Source of the DNA: Parcubacteria group bacterium
GTDB taxonomy: Bacteria; Patescibacteriota; Minisyncoccia; SW-4-49-11
Length of the DNA stretch: 64,000 bases
Direction: 5' to 3'
Assembly: GCA_943354045.1 (NCBI GenBank)
Contig: CALRBF010000001.1
Coordinates: forward strand, 68,046 to 132,045
Of the stretch, positions 56,549 through 64,000 are shown piece after piece. The notes beneath the pieces are model-generated. The model searched no databases and had not been told where the DNA came from. It saw nothing but the letters and a program-made list of their open reading frames with translations. The position numbers and the translations under genes were made by a program. Each line of letters starts with the position of its first letter. Within the stretch, counting starts at the first letter, position 1.

Positions 56549-57769
56549 TTAGAAACGGAGGCCAGCGCGAAGCGTGGCGGCAAGACCATCACCGGAGGTG
56601 CCCGAGTTGTACCCGAGAACACCTTCAGCATAGGCGTTCTTGCTGATGCCGACCTGGAGACCACCGCCCACTTGGACATTGTGGTAGCCATCGCCGACCT
56701 CTCCTCGGACCTCTCCGAAGGGACGCCACTGACCACTCTTGGTCAGATAATAACGGCCATAGCCATTGGCATAGGCTCCGGTATTGTTCACACCGACCTC
56801 AGCAAAAACTTCAGTCTGCTGAGTGCGAGACCAGAGACCAGTTTTAGCGTTGAACGCCAAGCCGGACTCGCCAGCCACCGTAGCAGCACCCTCACCCTCA
56901 ACAAAGACAGTAAATTGCTGATACTTGTTCTGAACGAGATCTCGCTCGAGTCGAGCCCTAACACCCAATTGGGTGATCGGCTTGGCCGGGTTTTTCCAGG
57001 TATAGACATAGGGATACTCCATACCCGGACGGCTCTTGCCCTCACCAGAATCGGTATGAGTCAACTGACGGCCGAAGCCGACAACAGACCACCGAGTACG
57101 GGCATCTTGGGAGCGTCCATGAATACCTGCCCAGAATTCCAGACGGGAATCCGTATAGGACCCCTTCCAGATTTCTTTCAGGTTATCACCTGTGAAGCTA
57201 CCCGACTGAGTGACATATTGCACACCACTCATGAAGCCCTTGGCGGTAACAAACTCAGCTTTCACATCGAAGGCCGTATCCCGCGGACGGGAACGGAATT
57301 CTGTATGAAGACGGAATGGGTTCCACTTCCCTTCTCCCTGTTGCGGAATGGAATCCCGAGGAGGGACCACAATTCCAGTATTGGGAGTGGTGGAAGCGGG
57401 AGCAACGGCAACTGGGGCAGCAACCTGAATTACCGGGATAACCGGCGGAGGGCCAGGCTGTTGCTGTGATGAAACACCATTACGCTCAGCTTCCAGACGC
57501 ATGCGAATAGCACGGATCTGAGCTGCTTCCTCTCGAGTCGAGAGACGCCGAACTGAAGCGGTGGCGAGAGTATTGGTGACGACCGTGGAGGTCGCCGATT
57601 GAGGAACTGTAGCGTTCAACTCCTCCGCCTTGACACCCATGGGGGCACCAAGGAGAGGAAGAGCAAAGGCCAACAGTCCCAAGATGGTACGCTTTTTCAC
57701 AGCGACCTCCTGGTAAAGAACCCCCTTACAGTAGCATAAAAACACCATTTTGTCAATAGTTAACAACAT
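56549..57769 (-). CDS. Putative outer-membrane beta-barrel protein with an N-terminal coiled-coil and Pro-rich linker (GC-rich island gene)
   Basis: The signal peptide is KKRTILGLLAFALPLLGAPMGVKA (the true start is probably downstream of the ORF-track ATG). A helical segment (EEAAQIRAIRMRLEAERN) and a PGPPPVIPVIQVAAPVAVAP linker follow. The C-terminal 280 aa show alternating-hydrophobic beta-strands and end in GLRF. A C-terminal Phe is the OMP beta-barrel signature. Confidence 0.5.
   Translation of the reverse strand: MLLTIDKMVFLCYCKGVLYQEVAVKKRTILGLLAFALPLLGAPMGVKAEELNATVPQSATSTVVTNTLATASVRRLSTREEAAQIRAIRMRLEAERNGVSSQQQPGPPPVIPVIQVAAPVAVAPASTTPNTGIVVPPRDSIPQQGEGKWNPFRLHTEFRSRPRDTAFDVKAEFVTAKGFMSGVQYVTQSGSFTGDNLKEIWKGSYTDSRLEFWAGIHGRSQDARTRWSVVGFGRQLTHTDSGEGKSRPGMEYPYVYTWKNPAKPITQLGVRARLERDLVQNKYQQFTVFVEGEGAATVAGESGLAFNAKTGLWSRTQQTEVFAEVGVNNTGAYANGYGRYYLTKSGQWRPFGEVRGEVGDGYHNVQVGGGLQVGISKNAYAEGVLGYNSGTSGDGLAATLRAGLRF
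57730..57760 (-). promoter_or_regulatory. Promoter-like conserved motif upstream of the OMP-like gene
   Basis: In the minus sense the sequence is TTGACAAAATGGTGTTTTTATGCTAC. A near-identical 26-mer lies upstream of the 58908..59717 gene, and a variant (TTGACAAAATTGATAAAATATGCTAG) lies upstream of 57842..58294. Confidence 0.45.
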
Positions 57770-57841
57770 CTCAAATAGTGTCGGAAGAGAATAAAAAAAG
57801 CCCCCACGAGATGTGGGGGTAATTGGTGTTCAGGACTGGCC

Positions 57842-58243
57842 TCAGGGGGCAATGACGGCGTAAGTGTCAGGACTGATCGGTACTGACGGACAGGAGCTTT
57901 GCTGGCACTTGCCGGCCATGATGGTTCCTGCCCAGCCCTGAGGGGGGGCGATACCAACACTGTACCAGGTTTTGCCGTCGGGGAAACGGAAGTTCCCAAA
58001 GGCTCCTGAAGGAGGGCTGGCAACCCGCCCATCGATGACGGTTGCCGTCATCCCCCAATGACGAGGACCAAAGAGAAGCAGGGTGCTCCCATTGGGTACT
58101 CCCGGGGGCACCGAAATGCTTGCCCCCACCTGCTGAGCCGTGCCGGAAGACCCGGAGGGCTGGCTCAGCGGCCTTGCCATGACGGAGGCCATGGGAAGGA
58201 GGATGATGCCGGCCAGGAGGGCCTTGAAAAGAGCTTTCATGGA
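57842..58243 (-). CDS. Secreted protein that is a paralog of the N-terminal domain of the 58908..59717 product
   Basis: The signal peptide is MKALFKALLAGIILLPMASVMA (start set at the internal ATG at 58243). Motifs PGVPNGSTLLLFG, FGNFRFPDGKTWY, PQGWAGTIMAGKC and DTYAVIAP are shared with the larger paralog. Confidence 0.45.
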   Translation of the reverse strand, partial: SMKALFKALLAGIILLPMASVMARPLSQPSGSSGTAQQVGASISVPPGVPNGSTLLLFGPRHWGMTATVIDGRVASPPSGAFGNFRFPDGKTWYSVGIAPPQGWAGTIMAGKCQQSSCPSVPISPDTYAVIAP

Positions 58244-58299
58244 TTTACCACGAAACGACTTAGGGACTCTAGCATATTTTATCAATTTTGTCAAGAGTA

Positions 58300-58345
58300 A
58301 ACAGCATAAAAAAATACCGGCAGCTATTGCTACCGGCTTGAGAAT
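58300..58345 (-). terminator. Intrinsic terminator downstream of the N/Q-rich protein gene
   Basis: In the minus sense the sequence is GCCGGTAGC-aata-GCTGCCGGT (9 bp including 2 G-U pairs) followed by ATTTTTTT. Confidence 0.45.
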
Positions 58346-58363
58346 ATAGTTTTTACCTAGTTC

Positions 58364-58819
58364 CTAGTTACACAATATCCTTACATGATTATTTTGATAT
58401 ACACATCCTCTATTATTCCAAGAAGGAGTATGTTGCAAGTGATAATTATTATTCCAACCTGGATTTTGCTGGTGCAAGGGATAGTTCTGTCTACCCCATC
58501 TTGAACGTGGACGACCCACATAATGAGTAGTATATCCAGTGGAGTTACGTTGCTCATAAAAATACTCACAGGGAAGTCTTGTAGCCTTACGGACCCAATC
58601 ACATGTATCCATATTGGGAATGAGATTATTAGTCAAAATCTGACCCTCATAGTCAACTGTATCCCCACCGCCCTGATTTTGCCAGTAATTATTTTGCTGA
58701 TAGTATCCTCCTCCAAATTGATGTTGAGCCTGAACAGTGGTCGGAATACTCAAAAACAAAGCTGTTGCCAAAGAAGAAATGAGCCTTTGCATGAGAGGTA
58801 AACCTCTAATGTTTGCCAC
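58364..58819 (-). CDS. Small secreted N/Q/Y/W/G-rich protein with 4 Cys
   Basis: The signal peptide is LISSLATALFLSIPTTVQA. The mature part is low-complexity (QHQFGGGYYQQNNYWQNQGGG...WNNNYHLQHTPSWNNRGC). The DNA is noticeably less GC-rich than the flanking island genes. Confidence 0.4.
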   Translation of the reverse strand: MANIRGLPLMQRLISSLATALFLSIPTTVQAQHQFGGGYYQQNNYWQNQGGGDTVDYEGQILTNNLIPNMDTCDWVRKATRLPCEYFYEQRNSTGYTTHYVGRPRSRWGRQNYPLHQQNPGWNNNYHLQHTPSWNNRGCVYQNNHVRILCN

Positions 58820-58907
58820 TTCACCATAACATATATTATTATAAATATCAAGTCAAAAGGAAAAACCGCCAGCACTAGGTGCTGGCGGCGAGTTTTTGGA
58901 ATGGGGG

Positions 58908-59717
58908 TCACTGCGCCTGATAGGCATAGGGTCCGACCGGAGCCGGAGCATTGCCATCAAGCTTGATGACAGAGCCACGAAGCCTTGCGGCTCCGACGGT
59001 GCTCCAAGCTTGGAGTTGACCTCCATTCGCCCGATAGGCAAATTGGAAGACCTGTCCCCGTTGGACTGGGAGGCACCAGGTATTACCACTCACCTTGGTG
59101 AGTGCAACGACTTGTGCCGATCCCCTGCCATTATCTACCACCCCGACGGGAGTGGTGGATGAGAGAAGCCTTCTTACATTGACGAGCCCCTTGGGACCGC
59201 CCGTGAGGAGGCCAACTCCTGGGCGACTGGACCCGGCCCCGGAGAAGGAGATGGAGTTCAACCTCGAGGGAAGTTGAAGGCAGGCTTGCCCGCCTTGCAC
59301 CAACACCGTAAAAGAGCTATTGACTCCATTTGTAGTAATCGGGGCTACCAGGGCGAAAGTATCTCGGTCAAGAAAGGCCTCCACGCCATCACAGGCGAGA
59401 GCGTCCCCTTTGCAATCACCTGCAATGATACGAGCTGCCCAACCCTTGGGAACTCCAGAGAGCTTTTCCACCTGAAACCAGCTTGTGTCTGGTAGAATAA
59501 AGTTACCAAATATCGAGGCGGCCCCGACATCACCAGGAATGGTTACTTTTCCACTCCGAACGGGGTAGACTTTCTCCCATCCTTGTCCAAAAAGGACAAG
59601 ACGGGAACCGTCAGGGACTCCCGAAGGTGCCGGGAGGGTATAAGACTTCCCTTGTGCCACCGCAGGAATGGCGGTGAAGATGAGGGCAAGCGCCCCCACA
59701 AATCTGAAAATGTTCAT
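58908..59717 (-). CDS. Secreted two-domain protein; its N-terminal domain is paralogous to the 57842..58243 product
   Basis: The signal peptide is MNIFRFVGALALIFTAIPAVAQG. Motifs PSGVPDGSRLVLFG, FGNFILPDTSWF, PKGWAARIIAGDC and DRDTFALVAP are shared with the smaller paralog. Confidence 0.45.
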   Translation of the reverse strand: MNIFRFVGALALIFTAIPAVAQGKSYTLPAPSGVPDGSRLVLFGQGWEKVYPVRSGKVTIPGDVGAASIFGNFILPDTSWFQVEKLSGVPKGWAARIIAGDCKGDALACDGVEAFLDRDTFALVAPITTNGVNSSFTVLVQGGQACLQLPSRLNSISFSGAGSSRPGVGLLTGGPKGLVNVRRLLSSTTPVGVVDNGRGSAQVVALTKVSGNTWCLPVQRGQVFQFAYRANGGQLQAWSTVGAARLRGSVIKLDGNAPAPVGPYAYQAQ

Positions 59718-59760
59718 TTCAATCTCTCATCGCTGAGGGGTGAAGGTTCAATGTGATGGT

Positions 59761-59790
59761 AGCATAAAACAGCCATTTTGTCAAAAATAT
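59761..59790 (-). promoter_or_regulatory. Second copy of the island promoter-like motif
   Basis: In the minus sense the sequence is TTGACAAAATGGCTGTTTTATGCTAC, located about 45 nt upstream of the ATG of the 58908..59717 gene. Confidence 0.45.
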
Positions 59791-59855
59791 ACACCAATAT
59801 AATTACTCTATAACCCTATCGTCAATATCCTAAAAATAAGCTATACTATACCTAT

Positions 59856-61118
59856 ATGAAACAATCTGTTGCTATCTTAATTACCAATTTTGAAGGAGGT
59901 GGAGCTCAAAAGATTGCTCTTACTCAAGCTCAACTTTTCCAAGATTTAGGATATAAGGTACATATTATTGCTCTTGAGCAACAAGAATCCTATACTATAC
60001 CCAATAATCTTTCTATTCATTTTCTCTCTCACAATAAGGGACAAGACTCTAAACTCAAAAAACTCTTTCAATTCCCTCTACTTCCCTTCAGACTTGCTCA
60101 ATATCTCAAAGAGAATAGTATATCTCTTTGTATTAGCCATCTTGAGCGAGCTGATTTTGTGAATATCTTAGCAAAACCTATTGCCCATCATAAAACCATA
60201 TCCATTATACATAGTCATCTTACTGCTAATTATACTAAAGAAGGTATATCATTTCGAAGTACGATATACTTGGGACTCGTCAAAATATTAGAACAATTTA
60301 ATAATCGTATTATTGGAGTATCGCGAGGTATTGCGGCTAATTTGATTCATGAATTACATTTACCTCAAGATAAAATTCAAGTCATACTAAATCCCTTTGA
60401 TATTATAGATATACGAGATAAAGCTCAAATCCCCCTCCAAAAATATCAGGATATTTTTGAGACTAATACCATTATTTCTATTGGACGTCTTTCTCGTCAA
60501 AAAGGATTATGGCATAGTATATTAGCCTTTCATACGGTATTACAAAATAATCCCAAACTTAAATATATTATATTAGGTGATGGTCCATTGAGAGATTATC
60601 ATATACAATTAGCACGCGAATTGGGGCTAAAAGTATATTCACTATGGGATAATCAGGAGTTCTCAACCGATTATGATATATATTTTCTTGGATTTCAGGA
60701 TAATCCCTTTCAATATATTGCCAAGGCAAAAGCACTTATATTACCATCACATTATGAGGGACTTCCTAATGTATTGGTAGAAAGTCTTATTATTGGAACT
60801 CCCGTCATCGCCTCTGATTCTGACTCAGGTCCTCGTGAATTATTAGCTCCAAATACTAATATTACCTATAAAACAAAAACTTTAGACCAAGCTGAATATG
60901 GCATTATTATCCCTCTTGATAACAATATATTGACTCAAGCCCCCTATAATCTTAGCCCTTCTGAACAATACCTCTCTGAGGCTATCAATCTCATAATAAA
61001 CAATACTGATTTACAAAAATCATATAGTGAGAGGGCGAATACTCGTATACAGGACTTTAATATCAATACTATTGCCCCTCAATGGGAAGATCTTTTGGAG
61101 ACTGTTTTGGCCGAATAG
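59856..61118 (+). CDS. Glycosyltransferase family 4
   Basis: The N-terminus is ILITNFEGGGAQKIAL. The C-terminal EX7E-type region is ILPSHYEGLPNVLVESLIIGTPVIASDSDSGPRELL. Confidence 0.8.
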   Translation: MKQSVAILITNFEGGGAQKIALTQAQLFQDLGYKVHIIALEQQESYTIPNNLSIHFLSHNKGQDSKLKKLFQFPLLPFRLAQYLKENSISLCISHLERADFVNILAKPIAHHKTISIIHSHLTANYTKEGISFRSTIYLGLVKILEQFNNRIIGVSRGIAANLIHELHLPQDKIQVILNPFDIIDIRDKAQIPLQKYQDIFETNTIISIGRLSRQKGLWHSILAFHTVLQNNPKLKYIILGDGPLRDYHIQLARELGLKVYSLWDNQEFSTDYDIYFLGFQDNPFQYIAKAKALILPSHYEGLPNVLVESLIIGTPVIASDSDSGPRELLAPNTNITYKTKTLDQAEYGIIIPLDNNILTQAPYNLSPSEQYLSEAINLIINNTDLQKSYSERANTRIQDFNINTIAPQWEDLLETVLAE

Positions 61119-62481
61119 TAGTATATTTTATCACCATTCCCAATAGTCCAAAAAATATCCACATCACTGCTGTTTGACGCAGTAAATTATCCCAAATACT
61201 GGATAAATATATAGCAAAAACTAAAAAAGTCATAATAAGTAGTAATGTATCTTTACGAGATTGTATACGAATAAGTAAACTATACACTATACCAATAATG
61301 AATAATACATAGGCTGCAAGTCCAATAATACCCATCTCAACAAAAATTTTAATATAATCATTATGAGCTTCAAGAGCTCCCAAAGATACCCCCCTTACCT
61401 CTTCTACAATAATTTCTATTGTTCCTGTACCAAATCCCGTCCATGGCCGAGATAATCCCTTATTATACATATCCGCCCACATGACTTGTCGCCATATAAT
61501 AGAATCACTAGGATCTCCATTAAATAGTCCCACTACTCGAGCAATCACTGGGATATCTTCTAATGGAGTTAAATTATACCAAATATTTTGTTCTACCCAA
61601 ATATATCCAGCCACTCCTATCACAATAATTGGGGTAATAATTGATCCTATAATAAGAGTTTTTTTGGTATAGCGAATTAAACTCACTCCAACTAATAGTA
61701 AAGCAAGTCCAATCCAAGCTCCTCGAGTATAGGTTGCAATTAATAATATTGCTAATAATATTCCATAGCCTACAAAAGCAACCTTATATAATGGTTTTTT
61801 TATACTATTTTCAAAAAACATATATACCATTAATGCAATAATAATCAGGAGAAAATACCCCAAAACATTAGGATGTCCAAATGTACCTGCGATACGATTT
61901 TCAAAACCAGGATTAGTATATAAACCTGCTCCATTAAATAATTGTATATACCCAACAATAGCAGGGATAATAGAGGAACTAATAAATAATGTAATAATAT
62001 ATAATAAATCCTTTTGAGATTGTATAATCACATATCCAGTAATATACATTAATAAGAATGAAAGTACTCTGACTAATTCATTAATAGAGGCTAATGGATA
62101 TATAGATATACTCGCAAATATAATATAAACTCCAAATAATCCCATAAATAATCCACTTAAAGGAATAGAAAATATTGACAATTGCGACCTATATATAATA
62201 AGTATACTAATAATAATCGATATAATTGCAACTAAACCAGCTATATTAATTGCCGGTAAATCAGTCGTTAACACAAAAGAATAAGTCCCAAATATATCAA
62301 GCGAGGGGCGAATAAATAATAATACCGATAATATTGATAATAATGAAACACTAAAAAGTGCTATTAATATACTGATACTTGCAAATATAATAAACGGAAT
62401 TATTCCATTATCAATGAATAATGCGATAATCCCTAATATAGCTCCAATGATAAGAATTAACCTAGAATTTCTCTGAGTCAT
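61069..62481 (-). CDS. O-antigen ligase/polymerase family (Wzy_C-like) polytopic membrane protein
   Basis: There are at least 10 transmembrane helices, with a large external loop containing WTGFGTGTIE...ALEAHNDYIKIFVEMGIIGL, typical of O-antigen ligase-domain proteins. Confidence 0.6.
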   Translation of the reverse strand: MTQRNSRLILIIGAILGIIALFIDNGIIPFIIFASISILIALFSVSLLSILSVLLFIRPSLDIFGTYSFVLTTDLPAINIAGLVAIISIIISILIIYRSQLSIFSIPLSGLFMGLFGVYIIFASISIYPLASINELVRVLSFLLMYITGYVIIQSQKDLLYIITLFISSSIIPAIVGYIQLFNGAGLYTNPGFENRIAGTFGHPNVLGYFLLIIIALMVYMFFENSIKKPLYKVAFVGYGILLAILLIATYTRGAWIGLALLLVGVSLIRYTKKTLIIGSIITPIIVIGVAGYIWVEQNIWYNLTPLEDIPVIARVVGLFNGDPSDSIIWRQVMWADMYNKGLSRPWTGFGTGTIEIIVEEVRGVSLGALEAHNDYIKIFVEMGIIGLAAYVLFIIGIVYSLLIRIQSRKDTLLLIMTFLVFAIYLSSIWDNLLRQTAVMWIFFGLLGMVIKYTTIRPKQSPKDLPIEGQ

Positions 62482-63214
62482 ATTCTGTGTCTGGGCTTAT
62501 AGTTGGAGTATGGGTAAAGTTTAAAATGGGATTTTGTGCTAATTCTGTGTCATCTGGTAATTGTGGAGATACAAAATTATCAACACCAAAATCATAGGAT
62601 AGATTTTTATCTCGCCTAGCAATCACATAGCCAATAGCAATAGCAAATCCTAATAAGGCTGATCCCAAGAGATTTACGAGAATATCTGGTCTTCCAACAC
62701 CATCATACAGAGATGATTGATTTACAACTTGAATATTACCCGTTTCTCCGAGCAATGTCTTTGCTTGTTCTATTAATTTATCTACTACTACTTTATTCAT
62801 AGTAAGTGCAAGCTCAGATGAGGCATCATAGGTCTCAACGGTAATAAAGCCAGTCCCCTTGGATTTGATAATAATATTACGTGCAAATGTAGTTCTTCTA
62901 TCTTTGAGATTTTCAGGGAATGCATTTTTGATATCGACATTATCAGCGGTAACACTTGCAAAAAAGGTGTCAGTATATACTAGATTAACTAATAAATCTA
63001 CTTTGGAATCAATAGATCTTTGCGCAGTATAGGAGTCAATTTCTGGATTTGCCGTCTGAATAACAACAAGTTGAGATTCTCCCCTATATTGTTTTGGTAT
63101 AATAAGAGTAATACCTACTCCCACTAATACAAAAACAAGAGTTATGATAATGACGGTATTAAATTTTCTTTGTATTTTGGATATAATATCACCCAAAGTG
63201 AGATTGGACTCCAT
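62462..63214 (-). CDS. Wzz/CpsC-like polysaccharide chain-length determinant protein
   Basis: It has an N-terminal transmembrane helix (TVIIITLVFVLVGVGITLII), a periplasmic domain and a C-terminal transmembrane helix (LLGSALLGFAIAIGYVIA). It lies next to the ligase/polymerase gene. Confidence 0.5.
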   Translation of the reverse strand: MESNLTLGDIISKIQRKFNTVIIITLVFVLVGVGITLIIPKQYRGESQLVVIQTANPEIDSYTAQRSIDSKVDLLVNLVYTDTFFASVTADNVDIKNAFPENLKDRRTTFARNIIIKSKGTGFITVETYDASSELALTMNKVVVDKLIEQAKTLLGETGNIQVVNQSSLYDGVGRPDILVNLLGSALLGFAIAIGYVIARRDKNLSYDFGVDNFVSPQLPDDTELAQNPILNFTHTPTISPDTEYDSEKF

Positions 63215-63325
63215 ATTATGATATTAAATTATACTATATATCAGACTTAGTATATCATAGATTGACTTTTATCTCAATATATGATATTATTATAGACAAT
63301 TATGTAATGCTTAATATATCCATTT

Positions 63326-63547
63326 ATGAAATCTGGTATTCACCCAACCTATTATCATACTACTGTCAAATGTATTTCTTGTAAGACAGAATTTGAAATT
63401 GGAGCTACAAGAGAAAAAATTTCTATTGAAGTATGTTCAAAATGTCATCCTTTTTACACAGGAAAAAGAACTTTGGTAGATACCGCAGGAAGAGTTGAGA
63501 AATTCCGAGCTAAATTAGAGAAGAAAGATAAACTTTCTAATAAATAA
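63326..63547 (+). CDS. rpmE: 50S ribosomal protein L31
   Basis: The N-terminus MKSGIHPTYY is present with the zinc-ribbon C..C...C..H pattern. The 73-aa size fits L31. Confidence 0.9.
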   Translation: MKSGIHPTYYHTTVKCISCKTEFEIGATREKISIEVCSKCHPFYTGKRTLVDTAGRVEKFRAKLEKKDKLSNK

Positions 63548-63577
63548 CTCCCTCAACTTATATTTAGGGACAATACT

Positions 63578-64000
63578 ATGATTGCCTCTCTACCTGATAT
63601 TCAAGCAGAATATGAATTATTATCTACTCAAATGTCTGATCCTCAGATATTTGGTAGTCCTGATTTTATTACTATTTCAAAAAGACATACTGAACTTGGC
63701 AATCTCATTACCTTATTACAATCTATTGAGAGTATCAAATCTCAATTAGCAGAGGCAAAAATTCTTCTTACTGATCCTGAGATGAAAGAAATTGCGGAAG
63801 AGGAAATTACTCAATTAGAATTAGAATTAATTGAAAAAGAAAATATTTGGAATGATATTATATCTCCCAAAGAAACTTTTGCGGATGAAATTATTATAGA
63901 AATTCGAGCGGGTGCTGGAGGAGATGAAGCTGGTTTATTTGCTTTAGAATTATTCAAAGCTTATATTAATTTTTTACAAAAAAATGGAGCTAAGACAGAA
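63578..64000 (+). CDS. prfA: Peptide chain release factor 1 (N-terminal part; continues beyond the window)
   Basis: The translation MIASLPDIQAEYELL...EIRAGAGGDEAGLFALELFKAY matches the RF1 N-terminal domain. It has the conserved position after rpmE. Confidence 0.85.
   Translation, partial: MIASLPDIQAEYELLSTQMSDPQIFGSPDFITISKRHTELGNLITLLQSIESIKSQLAEAKILLTDPEMKEIAEEEITQLELELIEKENIWNDIISPKETFADEIIIEIRAGAGGDEAGLFALELFKAYINFLQKNGAKTE

Noticed and set aside
56539-58349. Long ORFs on the plus strand and overlapping frames inside the island (56672..57469 at 265 aa, 56539..56736, 56788..57045, 57760..58032, 57867..58058, 58058..58300, 58140..58349, 58896..59162, 59095..59495)
   Set aside because: They lie antisense to, or frame-shifted within, the GC-rich island genes. 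High-GC DNA produces long spurious stop-free frames. The minus-strand genes have signal peptides, paralogy and terminators supporting them, whereas these ORFs have neither motifs nor plausible starts.
1-64000. A CRISPR array, rRNA genes, or an IS element or transposase
   Set aside because: I scanned for regularly spaced direct repeats of 25-40 nt with unique spacers and found none. The only exact repeats are the 26-nt tRNA-Ser end duplication and the island promoter motif. There are no 16S/23S/5S-like conserved stretches. No DDE or tyrosine-recombinase-like ORF was recognised by motif in any frame.

Overview
This is an AT-rich (about 30% GC by eye), gene-dense bacterial window. Its gene content and style point to a small-genome, monoderm-like lineage (CPR/Patescibacteria-like), but that assignment is inference from the sequence, not a database result. 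Supporting observations are the absence of Shine-Dalgarno-like signals, a short-form AspRS, a type IV pilus locus without a secretin, and many small membrane or secreted hypothetical proteins.

The window contains these blocks, in order:
- 1-7.4 kb: membrane proteins, tRNA-Pro, aspS, a PlsC-like acyltransferase and a YtxH/DUF948 pair.
- 7.4-12.5 kb: a plus-strand module of secreted and polytopic membrane proteins that resembles a Gram-positive-type type IV secretion (conjugation-like) module. It has a TrbL/VirB6-like protein and a PrgI/VirB3-like protein, but no VirB4 ATPase in the window.
- 14.7-16.9 kb: glyA-folD followed by tRNA-Ile.
- 16.9-20.5 kb: two adjacent secreted peptidoglycan hydrolases that share an unidentified repeat of about 60 aa.
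- 20.6-28 kb: a nitroreductase gene, then tRNA-Ser with a duplicated 3' end flanking a GC-rich segment, then SDR, ParB-like, dCMP-deaminase-family, photolyase-related, DUF805-paralog and Nudix genes, and a roughly 500-bp GC-elevated intergenic block.
- 28-49 kb: one long minus-strand array running msrA, tsaD, mltG, manC, uppS, murC, murG, ligA, then a complete type IV pilus locus (pilins, pilD, pilA, pilC, pilT, a REC-domain protein, pilB, pilO/N/M).
- 49-53.6 kb: comFC, a KH-domain protein gene, trmD, tRNA-Arg and recG.
- 54.9-63.2 kb: polysaccharide genes (GT4, GT4, O-antigen ligase, Wzz-like).
- Window end: rpmE and the start of prfA.

The most striking anomaly is a compositional island of about 3.6 kb at roughly 56.2-59.8 kb. 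Its GC content looks about twice the background. It sits between the two GT4 genes and encodes a putative outer-membrane beta-barrel protein ending in a C-terminal Phe, two paralogous secreted proteins, and an N/Q/Y/W-rich secreted protein. The island genes carry a shared promoter-like motif and their own intrinsic terminators. An outer-membrane protein is unexpected in this genomic context, so the island is either a horizontal acquisition from a diderm or an assembly chimera. No CRISPR array, rRNA gene or recognisable transposase or integrase was seen.
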